A stretch of DNA of 64,000 nucleotides, from assembly GCF_964204865.1 (NCBI RefSeq), contig NC_135251.1, positions 12,896,001 through 12,960,000 on the forward strand, read 5' to 3'. Both the position numbers and the translations under genes were made by a program. The notes under the pieces were generated by a model. The model was not told the DNA's origin, did not search any database, and was given only the letters and a program-made list of their open reading frames with translations. Positions within the stretch are counted from its first letter, which is position 1. Each line of letters begins with the position of its first letter. This DNA is from Styela clava. Lineage: Eukaryota. Positions 37,801 through 50,300 of this stretch are shown piece by piece.

Positions 37801-38957
37801 TTGTCACTTGGAATCAATAGCTTGAAGAAAACATTCAGTGGTAAGGCTCCAAAGATAAAATATGCGACCTTTCAATTTTTTTACTGCATTTCATTTTGAT
37901 TAAACCTGTTTAGACTGACCAAAAGCTAAGCATAATTGAGATATACCAAGAGATTTGAAAGTTGGCCTAGAGATGTGAGTAAGAAAGTCAACTGGTCAGT
38001 TTCTAGCAACCATGAATCGATTTCTGATTTGTTCAAACGTTATCACCATTAACCAATTCGACATGAAATTGAGTGAGACCCCATTAGCAGTCTAATCTGA
38101 TAGTGAACCATTTCCCAACCATTCACATGACAAACCATGGATAGACTAATAAGTCATGTTGTGCAAAACAAGTAAAGACAAAAAATAAAACGAGAATATC
38201 GGTCGGAGACCGAAGACTTATCGATCGAAACTGCGGTTTCGATTCATGACTCTATAGTGACACCGCGTGTCCCATCACTAATTAATTAATAACTCGCTAA
38301 TCATACGACATAATTTATCCAAAATCAATAGGCTTCTGGGCCGCGATATGATGAATGCACATGCAAAACTTGGAGCAGATTTAACCTCGCTTTCGTGAGA
38401 TATCGCGTGCATCTAACAGACAGACAGACAGATAAATACCTATGAACATACTTACCGATCACTATCAGGATCGATAAGTAACAACTAACAATAGACTGAC
38501 GGTTGTGACAACGAGGATATTCGAACCCTTAGCTCAATCAGAAAAGAATCCTAAAATTCATGAAACGCACATTTTTTCTTGAAACTGATATTAGTATATC
38601 TATTGCATATTAGGATTAGTTGGATTTTCTTATACTCTTGCCTAATGTTATAAATCATCACCAATTTGCACACCCTGGAGTCGAACATAAATCGTTATCA
38701 GTATTTGGAATATCAAGCAAAGTTTTGGGAATGTGGTTGCTAATCACTTGACAATTTCAATGATATTCAGAAAGATTCAACTCCGCCTTGACTACCAATG
38801 AACGAAAACTACAACACCGACCTAATGTAATTCCGAATTTCTTCTGAACTTTCAATCTGAACTCTTCCATTCTACAGTTATTTTCAATCGGAGGTTTCCA
38901 CATCATTTTTGGAATTCCATTTTCGTCAGAAATCAGGGATGATTTGATGGAATCCAT
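28868..38957 (-). CDS. AACS: Acetoacetyl-CoA synthetase; 13 exons: 38957-38822, 37762-37541, 36958-36848, 36383-36286, 35841-35645, 35186-35045, 34758-34678, 34005-33881, 33106-32919, 32343-32104, 30772-30644, 30055-29838, 29005-28868 (674 aa)
   Basis: [39 protein letters not shown]-binding [79 protein letters not shown]; phases consistent (2025 nt). Confidence 0.96.
29271..29506 (-). mobile_element. MITE family B (Merlin-like)
   Basis: Same element as 14948 in the opposite orientation; exact 8-bp TSD GATGGTAG. Confidence 0.9.
30860..31528. mobile_element. Composite hAT/Charlie-derived remnant in AACS intron
   Basis: CAGGGCTTCCCAAAC start, GGCCCGCG motifs, AAAAGGTTGCACAAACCTG end; no matching TSD. 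Confidence 0.5.
33170..33319 (+). mobile_element. MITE family C, left ~150 bp
   Basis: GGTGCTCCAGAAGTGTGTGTACCGATATGGAGGTAACT...GAACTCGTAATAGAACTAAAA. Confidence 0.8.
34206..34441 (+). mobile_element. MITE family B (Merlin-like)
   Basis: Near-identical to 14948; exact 8-bp TSD AAAGATTT. Confidence 0.9.
38188..38484 (-). mobile_element. Helentron-associated non-autonomous element (HINE / DINE-1-like)
   Basis: On the minus strand: subTIR ACTTATCGATC with a nearby partial inverted copy, a (TCTG)n microsatellite, the matching subTIR GATCGATAAGT, then hairpin TCGGTC-TCC-GACCGA and TTTT; no TSD. Confidence 0.75.
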
Positions 38958-41359
38958 GGTCAATTTTATTGACGAATTACAAATATTTACATTAATTAAT
39001 CATTAATTATTTATTTATAAAAATATCATCTGAAATAATGGAAAGAGTAAAAAAAATAGTAATGTCACAAAGCAATACATGTAAATATAAGTGGTAATGC
39101 TACATCATAATTACTAATAAATTATATATACTCATCAAATTGTAATTCACAAAATAAGAATTGTGGCTTTTGAATACTATTCCTTTCTTGGGTCAGGTTT
39201 TTAAATTTGAGGGTTTCGTAAAAAACTGTTAAATTTCAAAATTTCAAAAGTTGCTTTTCTAAGTTGGTATCTGACCAAAATTTGAAGGCCATAAGTATTT
39301 TTATGAAAAATTACAGAAGCTTAAAAATCGATAATATACGTTTTCTTCATACTCTCAAAACATCTTTTTCATGTTTCGCTCGTTCGGGTTGAAGCCCCCG
39401 AATTGACAAAAACATAGTTTTATTGGATCTTTTTATTTTATATTATGTGACCTTGGTAAATTGAAAGACTGGAAATCAATAAATCATGCAATCGAAACTG
39501 GACAAGATAATTTTAATTTCAATCATCGATAAAAATAAAGCAACAAAAAGCAAAATAGTATAAATGTGCAAAAAACTACAAGAATAAAAAGTAGAAAGAT
39601 ACAAAGAATAACTAGCGTTAACAAAATTTGGCAAAACAAATTGTGCAAAGAGCAAAAAAATTCAAGAAATATCTGTATTACATTTGCACTAGCTGTTACC
39701 GATTCAAATAGGCACAAGTTATACTAAATAAAACCCTAAAGTTGAAGATGAAATTGATTCGGAAATTGAGTACTGGTAATAATTCTTCAAATTAAAAAAG
39801 TAAACACAGAATGACATGTAACACTAGGCATCATACAGCAGTAATTAAAGTCAAAACAGAGAATAATCTTTGACCATATTGCTTATCCCTCGTCATGGAC
39901 TATTTGGTCGTAATAAGTCTTTCACATTAAAAAGTTAGTGCCAGTCTTATGAGACTGCAGAAATGACAAAGAAACAAGCAACACTCGAGATTGCAAAACT
40001 AAAAAATGAATGTCATACAGTCATAAAGAAGTCGATTATATGCTCGAAAAGTCGATTAAACTATATGCCTCATTATAAGTTGTAACAAATCAAGTTTAAT
40101 TATTAGAATACATAAATATGACACATGGCAACTATCTATAAAGTGAATTAAGAATCCCAAACATGATAGGAGCGTTTCTCATGAATCAATGATGCTTATT
40201 TGAATAAGAGAATTTCCTTGGGAAATGAAAGTTCTAAATAAGGAATGTTTAGAATATTCTAAAATGAAATGTTAATATGATAATCAAGATATTGTAGCCA
40301 ATAAGCGGATTCCAAGACAAATTTTTTTTTACCAAACTGAGAGTCTGCTTATACGCACATAACTCTGATTACACTAAAAATTTGGCTTATGTGCTCTTAA
40401 GCCTGATCACACTCGAACGGAATTATGCTAACTCGAATATAACAGCTACAACTTGTACAGCGTGTTACGATTTGTAGGATCTGCTCATATGCGAATTTTC
40501 AAAAAATTCAAAAAGGGCAGTTTTTAGGAGGTCGACTTATATGTGAGATATCTGGTAATTAGTACGTCGAGTTTTCATTTATGTTCAGTCAGATTGTCTT
40601 TCTATGATCAATATGCAAGTTACGCTTTTTCTCATTTACCTAGATAAACATTGTGCACATTAATTAGGGAATGCTCGAAGATAGTTTAAAAGTATACAGT
40701 ATAATATTAAAAAAATTTAAACTTTAGTTCGGAAAAATATACATAGAATATGGAGTAAGATGATAAGCACCACTAGGTATAAGCATAATAAAAAAAATGT
40801 ATTAAACAAAATTATTGATATTTAAATAAATTGTTTGTTTGCGAATATTTAGCAAAGATTTTTGCATATTCTGATTGTGTTTCACAATGAATACTTTTAT
40901 TATAATCCAATAAACCGGGAAAGGAAAGCTGATAAGCGGTTACCAATCCAGGTCATGTCTGGGAATAGTTAACCAGGCTAATGTTCCATATGTATTGACA
41001 TTGAAAAGAAATTAATTCTAGTATGAATTGTGAAATAAATTCTAGAAATGATATATTCAGAAATGATTTATGAGAATAAAAATGTAGTCAATTGAAATAT
41101 GTAAGGTAAGGCACCACGTATTAACTGCAAATCATCCACCGAAAAAACACACCATTTACTAAGGCACTGAAATGAGAAATACAGCACACAGTCGAGATTT
41201 GAATAAAAATATTTTAACGAGTAAGCCACTTTATATTATTTGAATTTCAATAAAAATATAACTATTATTGAGGCACATAGTTTTGTAAAAATACGGAAAA
41301 ATTCAAATTTTTACAGAAACGATAATATATGGATCGATTGTTTTGAAAAAAGGGAAAAA

Positions 41360-44300
41360 TCAAACATATCCATAATCCAAGATTCTCAATGAGCTTCCAG
41401 TTGTTGAGACATTTGCTGGCAAATTTTCTATCGGATCTTTAGGTAGGGTCGACTTGTTTTCCAACACAGCTGAAATGCAAAATATAAATTGATTTGAACA
41501 GTTTATTAATAAATTACTATAATTGAAAATGAATCACTCTGGTACAGCTTATGCCTAATTTTTGGTACTCCTGTAGTGTGCATACCAGGTTAGCCTTGGG
41601 CCATAATTTTATTTCATTTTCATTATTTTTATTCTATTACGAGTTCGAGGACTGCCTGTGTTAGCAAAGTGAATACACCCCCTGCTCATAGGTTTCAGTT
41701 CCTTTACACAACTTGATGTAAAGCTGGCGAACAAAATTAGTTACCTCCATATTGGCACATAATAAATACATACTTCTGGAGCAACTAATTTTGTGCCTTC
41801 GATATCACTGATTCTGCCTATGAAAATATTTGCTGCCAACATTTCATCCTGGATGTACCGGTAAGTCAATTTTATATAGTGCATATGCTAGATTTAAAAT
41901 TATTTTATATTTATAGCTAATCCAAAAATACTTCTTTGAATACTCCAACCTTATTTTTGCAACCCAAATACAATTCTAACATCTATCATTATTTATCAAT
42001 ACAGTAGAGAGAGAATTCATGGGTAGAATCTCTGTTTAAGTGCCATTCGCAGAGTGTCACAGGTAAGGTGGGCCATGCAACACTGAAAAAAGGTCCATCT
42101 TTCCTTAACATAGATGCTCTCCATGTTAAAGAGTTTGGTCAGAAATTTGTTCAAAAAAAAAAAGAACGGTAAACATCGTATAGGAATTGATGGAATAATA
42201 GCGATCCTATATCCATCCAAAACATTAAAAAAATTAACTTGCCAAATGGTCAGACTTGAATTTAAAATTGTTGATTGCAATGCAATGTTGTACTGAAAAT
42301 GTTCTGGGCTTTCTTTACAAATCCGTGGCTACATGCAAAGAGCCTTGTTCAGAGGTGTAAAAGGGAATAAAAAAATAATAATATCAATAAGAACTATCAT
42401 TACCTCTTGTCTCACTGATCAATGATTTCATGAAATCATCCATTCTTGGTGGCGGATAAGATGGTGGAACAATTTCTTTTCTTATTCTTGGTGAAGTTGC
42501 TTTAAATGGTTTATTTCTTCTTTTAACTATGTGAGTGATTCGTTTTGTACTCGATCCTCTTCTCTTGAAATCACTTCTTGACCTTCGACCATCTATGGTA
42601 GCAGGTTCACTCTCGTCATCTGAAACTGAGTCTATAGAATGCAAAATGATGTAAGATAATTTTACAGAATGGAATTTCGGAGCATTGAATATTATATACA
42701 AACAATACTAATTTAATTTTATTATACATCATCTATAATAAAAATACCTAGTTTAAAATGTTGAATTGGGTATTTTGTGTGCCCCGTTTAGTTATAGAAG
42801 CCAACGAGCGAAAGTACCAGCATAAATACATTACAGTTGAAGAATTATACAAATCATGGACAATTTACTTAAAAATGTAGTCTTGGCTAATGGTATCTAG
42901 TGAAGGTGTTTTCTCGAGGCCCCAACAGAGCTAAGAAAAAGCCCCCTATAGGGGGCTGAGAACCCAGTTCAAGAAGTCCAAATTTTTATTTTTTATTCTT
43001 ATCTAAAATCTTTAGATTTTAGTAAATACAGCATCAACTGACCTTCATCTTCAGAGCTTGAATACAATTCAAAAATCTTTTGCTTCGCGGCTTTGGCGAT
43101 CACTAATTCGCCAGATTCTTTTGCAGAAAAATAAAGATCAACAAACAAATCATAATCTTGAATGTCTTTAGCAAGAAGAAATGCTTTATCGAATCGTTTG
43201 AATCGAAGCAAATGGTGATAAAACCTTCTCGCGTACCTGAAAAATATAGAAAACATAAAACTTTAAAAAAAGAGGAGAGCGATGCTCAAATATTTGGAAA
43301 CAAAATAGGTATGCAATCTGCCACAGTAGTCTACCGGTACCGTACCACTACCAACTGACCAACAAAAACAACTTACGCAAAAGAGGGAACAGTCACAAGA
43401 ATCTCAATTTTTTATTTTGATGAGATCATCGCATTAAAAAAAAACCATAGAGGCCAAAGAAATTTTTAATTTTTAAAATAAGTAAAAGTAATGGCCTTCT
43501 AATGAAAAATATGATGTTTAACCATTGGAAATTTCAAAGCGATCGGTTCAGTAGTTAATGAGAAAAGCAATTTTTTCACAACAAGAAGAAAAATAGTAAC
43601 AACATGATCAACAACAACATAATAACAAAACAAATCGTATGTACACTTGGTGTTTGAATATTACATATATCATGTTTTTGGTGCTCGAGCTCGAGTTTAA
43701 AATTAAATATATGATATTTGAAAAAATTTTGAATTTTAAAAAACTTTCCTAATTAATGTGTTTTGAAAAAAAAAATTGCATTTCAAATATTTAAAATCAT
43801 TTTTTTTTTCTTTGTTAAATAACTTTTTATTCTATAAGTGAGCTACGAGATGATGGCGTCAAAATTTAACTCTACAATTCTCTAATTTATGTGAACAATC
43901 AAGATTATAATAATAGTAATTTACATTTTTTCAGCCAATTAGTATTCTGTTAAATTTAAATTTCACGTCACTATTGTATACATTAAATCAGATACTACTC
44001 TGAATAATAAAAGGTAATAGTTAAACTCATAACCACAAATTTTGCTGATGATAATGCCAACAATCCAATTAATATGTAGGTACCATGGGAAAAGTATTCA
44101 GTCATTGCGTGTTCTATATATATAAAAAAAAAACTGATTTTTTTTAATTTTAAGATAACATTTATACAATACATCAGCATAATAATTACAGTTTTTTTGA
44201 ATATAAAGTTTTCTTGTATTAATTTCTGAGTTGCAGATTATTTGCATTATATTTATTTTGTTGTCTGTTACTGTGTTCTCCAATTCATTCAAGATGTGGG

Positions 44301-47300
44301 AATTTCTTTATAGCTCATATTTGTGCAAGTGTACCAAGAGCCAACACATACCTGCTGACAATATGCCTGTATTCAACAACAATAGTTTGTGCGAGAGGTA
44401 TTCGTGGAGTGTAAAAGGCACTTAATGCAGCTTCTAATAACTCTGAAAAATAAAAAAAAAAGCATTTTAGAATGTTGGTGAAAAACAGATACTTCTGTAG
44501 TATGAGTACGGTGTACCATGTTATTAAGGTTAGGCCATAATTTTATTCCGATTTTCCTTATTTTAGTTCTATTACGTGTTCGGGGACTGTCTGTGTTAGC
44601 CAAGTGAATATACCCCCTTGCCCATAGGTTTCAGTCCCTTTACACGACTTGATGTAAAGTAGGTGAACAAAATTACTTACCTCCATATTGGTACACAAAC
44701 TTCTGAAGCGATGAAATTTCAAAAAAATATTGAAAGATAAGGATTTCGATATTAACAGAATATCAATAGCTGTAAATCTTCACATTTTAGGTGGCCACAA
44801 AATATAAGACTGTTAAAAATTTTTTGCGAAAACATACATTCAAAATGAATCTGAAATGGCTGTACACAGTTTTTCATAAATTCAGTGTTCAAAATCTGCT
44901 ATTTTCAAAACAAAATTAATTTTTTTCACTGCTAGGAAACAGGAAGACTGTTATATTACTATTCTGATCAACAGTATAGGCCTACAGCAGAGGTTCCCGA
45001 ACTTTTCAAACTCATAAATACACTTTTAAAAAAATACTTATTTCTCAAAAGCTAATTTTAAGAAGTGACTTTTAGGAAATAGATTGTAATTTCTGGATGC
45101 TCGAATTATTTTTTAAATTATTTATAAGAAGTACAATTTATACAAAATTTTGTTTCTTCTCACCTTCATATTCAAAGTTTAATTTTTGTTTCAACAGATG
45201 ATTGAGAATAGATGTCATGGCTAGGAAACCTTGAGTGCAATCTGTATTCCAATTAATTGTATGAAGAACCTGGACAGCTTGTTTGATCTGGTAGAAAAGA
45301 GAAAACAAATAAGCGTTTGTTAATATTTGGGAAAGTTCTGAATAAGAATGAAATTTGAAATTAATTTGAATTGGTTATTTTTTGCGTTAACAAAATATGT
45401 ATTTATACGCACCTTGCACTGAAGGGCCACTGATATGTAAAAGCTACTTTATTTCTTGAATAACCAGAACTTCCCCAATTTAATACACCTCAGGTCAGTT
45501 GAGATAGTGAGTGTGAAATAGGTAAATGATGGGCAATCATAGTTATGTCTAACGATTTTAACTATTGGGCCACCAAGATAAAAATAAAACACTCAATATA
45601 TCTAAATCAATATCAATGAGAAACAGAATTTTAAAACATAAATTAAACAGATAAAACATCTATAATTCCATACTGTATTCTTGTTTCAAATTAAAGACCT
45701 AATTGAATTATTGTAGTCAAAAATTGCTGAATAAATAGGCAGGGAGTAACCAGGTTGATATAGTTAAAAATAGTTACAGTTTGATCCAAGGCCAACCCAA
45801 TCCCTTACATCTTTAATATAAAGTTTGAGCCTATGATTTTTGAAAAATTAAAACCTTACTTTATCATGTGTAATGTGTTCTTTCACAACTTCTATCGGCC
45901 TCAATAAACCTTTAGTTAACACACCGACATTGAATTTAAGAATAGCGAGAGGACCACCATCAAATAAAACCAGAGACACATCATGGCAAACAGAAGATTT
46001 CTTTATGGTTGAAGTTGTCTCAACTTGAGTTTCAGTAGCAAGATCAGGCCATGTTAGTGACACAAGACCATTTTCTGATGGCAAGTATTTTGAAAGCTGT
46101 ATAAAAATACAAGAAAAATGAAAATAATATACATATTACATAAATTCAACTTTGAATAACAATATAATTTTATATTTATATTTCAATTGAGGGTAATAAA
46201 AATTTTCTGGCATTTTTCGCTTATTCATCATCGCATGTCGCTTATTCATGATGTTTGCTCTGAACAAGGCCTTGCACAAACAGTCACTGATATCTTACAA
46301 TATGTAAGGAGTTACTATTTTTGGACGGACCGGAAGACAGACACACATAGGCCACTCAACAGAACTTGTTATTATAAGTATCTCGTTTAAACACTTCCTC
46401 TCCATTGTAAAACATTTGTAATACTTGGAAATCAAGAACCCATTTGATATTTATGAAAAATCATAAAAATGGAACTCTGTGTTATTTAGCCCTGTTTTTT
46501 CCGCTATTTATAATGTAGCAACATTAAGAAGAGTAAAGACAATCAGCCTAAATTATTCGAGAAAATTCAAATTTACTTTGATCCGAGAGACAATTATGAG
46601 CTTGCAACAAGGAATTGTATATAGCAGCCACTCACCTTTAACATGTCATGCATGGATGAATCTTCTATTTCATCAAGTAATGCAGTTGACAGCTTTCCCA
46701 AAGCACAATCATAGCATTGCAATTCTGCACTTCCACTTGCAACAAGTATTACACCTCCATTAGGATGCCACGATACAATACTTGGTATGAGAGAATCTCG
46801 TATTGACGAAGTTGTTTTCGTTAGAGTATCAAATACAAGAACTGTCCCATCTGTACAGCCGACTACAATTTTATCTTCTTCTCTAGGATAGAATTTATAA
46901 ACTTTAATATAGTTTTTGGAACATTGTGAATTTTGTGATCATCACCAAATCTGATCTTGTTTTATACAGCTATAAGTTCAGAATGATTTTCCAAAATGTG
47001 TTGTCAGTGAATTCGATAAGAAAGAAAATCGGTTCTTAAAACTTTGAATCTTATATTTCGTTCAATCCCTATGATCTATCAATGACACTAGGCGAAAAAT
47101 AGAAGGAAAGTTCATGAGTCGAAATTTCGGCGCTTCAGAAGTATGTGTACCTATATGGAGGTAACTAATTTTGTTCATCTACTTTACGTCAAGTTGTGTA
47201 AAGAGACAGAAGTCTACGGACAGGGGGTATATTCACTTGGCTAACACAGACAGTCACGAACTCGTAATGGAACCAAAATAAGAAAAACCAGACACACACT

Positions 47301-50300
47301 ATAGGAGTACCGAAATTTTTAATGCTTTTTGTTGTCAGCAGAAATTTCGATTTCAATTTTCTGCCGACAACTAAAAGCATTAAATTGGTTGAGCATTCTC
47401 AAAGGGCAGTTAAAAAAGGCTAGTAAAAGCCAAAGTTTTTGTGACTGAAAAATTTGGTTTTCTTGGAGTTTGACTCAAAATTCACTTGAACTTGGAATCA
47501 ATCTAATTGCATTTAATCTCAGTTGTTAGTTTATATATAAAAATTCCAATATATAGTAGCTCTCAGCACAACCATGTACATAAATCCCAAAAATGCCATG
47601 GTTTTATATACCTGCTTATATCACTTGATAATATCCCACTTTTGACAGGTATCTGGGTAACCTCAAGTCTCTGTAATTTACTCTGAGTACATTCATACAC
47701 GGCATAGTGAAGCACAATCTCATTCTTTGCTGTTACTGATCTTTCAAGACTATGAACCTGAAAAGGAATAAATGAAAAATAAAATAAATGGCATTCTAAA
47801 ATAAGGATGCTGCATATTATAACCTCGGCGTTGTGGCGCATTGTGCTAAGCGTTAGGAATATGATCGTCACTGTACCTCTCAAAAACCTGCATGGATTCG
47901 CAGGTTCGAATTAGGGATGGGCAATATAGAATACCGAATCTGGAGGATTCGAATCCCTAAGTATTCGAATCCAACGGGATCCGATAACAGGATTCGGTTT
48001 CCGCCTCTCCGGCGCCAAGCGTCAATTTTTGTATTTCGGGTTTCTAATTTATCAATTAAAGACGAGCGTTTTTTCTCTCGTGGAAATCTCTCTCGTTTAG
48101 CATAACTTGCGTCTGCTCGTAAAATCGGTAAACATCAAACACTGTAATCTCAATCTGCATATTCAGAACAAGAAGTCGGCGAAGTACACCTCACGGCGAA
48201 GACTCGTTATTGCACCATTTTTGCGTTCTACTGATTTGCTATATAGCTAACGTATAATAATAATAATTTTATTTTGCAAAAGTTTCATCCAATCATGCTG
48301 GACTTACTAGCGATATTCCGATAATCTGATTGCAACAATCTTCAATTGTTTACAGACGTGCCTTGCTTCATTTTACATCAAGATGTCTCGAGACCTGCGA
48401 GTTTTACCAAAAAAAGATGCATGTAAACCAAAAGCCAGGCGTTGAATGTTATAACATTGCTTGCGATTAATTAAGATCAAATATTATTTACGAATAATTT
48501 ATTACACCGTTTTCCGAAATACAAAGTTATCGCAATACATGAAAATCTGTCACATTTGAATTTCACTCTCAAAAGATTACCGGTACATATTTTTCGGTCC
48601 TTCCCTATCGTTCAAGATAGACGCACGTTTGATCAAGTGTCTGTAGTATTTTAGTCGCCGATAAATTTAAAAAAAGTGGCCGCATCTGGCGAAGATAGTG
48701 ACGTATTGAGTTTATGCACAGCCAAGTCTGGGTAGATAAAGTATGTAATGATAATCATAGAAAAGGAATTAGTCTTTAGATGTTATTACCTAATAACTAA
48801 GTACGAAATCGCGTTCACGGAAACTTGGTTTTACTAGTCTTGCTCTCACAGAAAGAAAAGTTGATTTTAATTGATAGTGGTTAAATTTAATATTCTACAA
48901 CGGCCGCATAGGTTGCAGTGGCCAGTGGCCACACGCTGGTCCTGCATCTAATTAATTCTCAGCGGGTATGTTTTAGTTCACTAGGCAGACTAACATTAAT
49001 AATGATTTAATGCCGTTTCATATCTATTTTGGTATATACTTATACCGCTTACTATTAAAGTGTGTGAAGCGTGTCTTAATTTAGCATATCGGTGTTTAGG
49101 GATTACATACATTTGGAACTATTGAAGGCAAAAAATATTGTAATATTCTTGAATTTTATTGCCCTGAGAAATGCCTGTTTAATCCAGTGTTCAGGACATT
49201 TCCAAATAAATCATACATTTATATTTATACATTTAAAACTTTTTAACATCTAAATCCAGCATTGTGGAAATTCCCACTTTTTGAATAGGTATGAAAATAG
49301 AATAGGATTCGGTATTCTGGATTCGGTTTAACTATTCTAGAATATTCTAGAATAGTGAATTATTCTACATTGCCCATCCCTAGTTCGAATTCAGTGGGCA
49401 ATAATTATGTGCAAGTCGATTTCTGGGCTCCTCGCCGCCGTAGGGTCTAGGGTGGTTCGCGCATCTGCTGGTTGGTTACAGCTTTTTCCACCGTCAAGTC
49501 CATATATCTGAAACAAATACCTGGCTAACTAACCTCACAACCGGCATAGACTTGTAACCAGACGAGAGGCCATGGGTTGTCATATGATTAGGTCTTCTTA
49601 TCAGCTTTCCTTCCTCGCAGAATAAATAAGTAAATCCTATTCTTATAAACTAACTCAGTTCTATTGGTAAAATTGAATACATTATCCCTCACAGTGTGTG
49701 CAAGTACATAATTGGACAGAGCCTTGTTCTGAGCAAATGTGCTCAAATCCTAGTTTCATTATAAAATATGAATCTACTTAATACGCATGTAATGAAAATC
49801 ATAACCATAAAAATATCCCCAAAGGAACTAACGCTAGTAAACGGTACTCTCGTAGTATGTGTACCAGGTTAGGGTTAGGTCATAATTTCATTCCGATTTT
49901 CCTTATTTTAGTTCTATTACGAGTTCGGGGACTGTCTATGTTACCCGAGAATATTACCCCTTTCCATAGGCTTCAGACCTTCACCAAACTTGATGTAAAA
50001 TTTAATTACCAAATTACCTGATTTTCATTCTTTCTGCTGAATTCAACATGAATTGGATTAGATTCTGTATATATAGAACTGTAGATTTCCAATCTGAATC
50101 AAAAAGAGAAAGATTTAACAGTAACAAGTTGTTAATAAATAGTGTACGACTTTTACTGCATTATCTGAATTGAGTATGGAATCGTTAGACTACCGAGTTT
50201 CACTATATCAAATCTTGCTCACCTGCCAAACGAAGATCCAAGTAGAATCATATTAGCTTTTTCTTCATTTGCATCAGTGGAAGTCCATGTTGATGGTGTT

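Noticed and set aside
42240-42294. Possible extra WDPCP cassette exon
   Set aside because: Splice signals are plausible, but the 14-exon model already gives a full-length in-frame protein and nothing else supports it.
42941-42958. Perfect palindrome AGCCCCCTATAGGGGGCT as a regulatory hairpin
   Set aside because: It lies in a short decayed MITE-like end; such palindromes are typical subterminal features.
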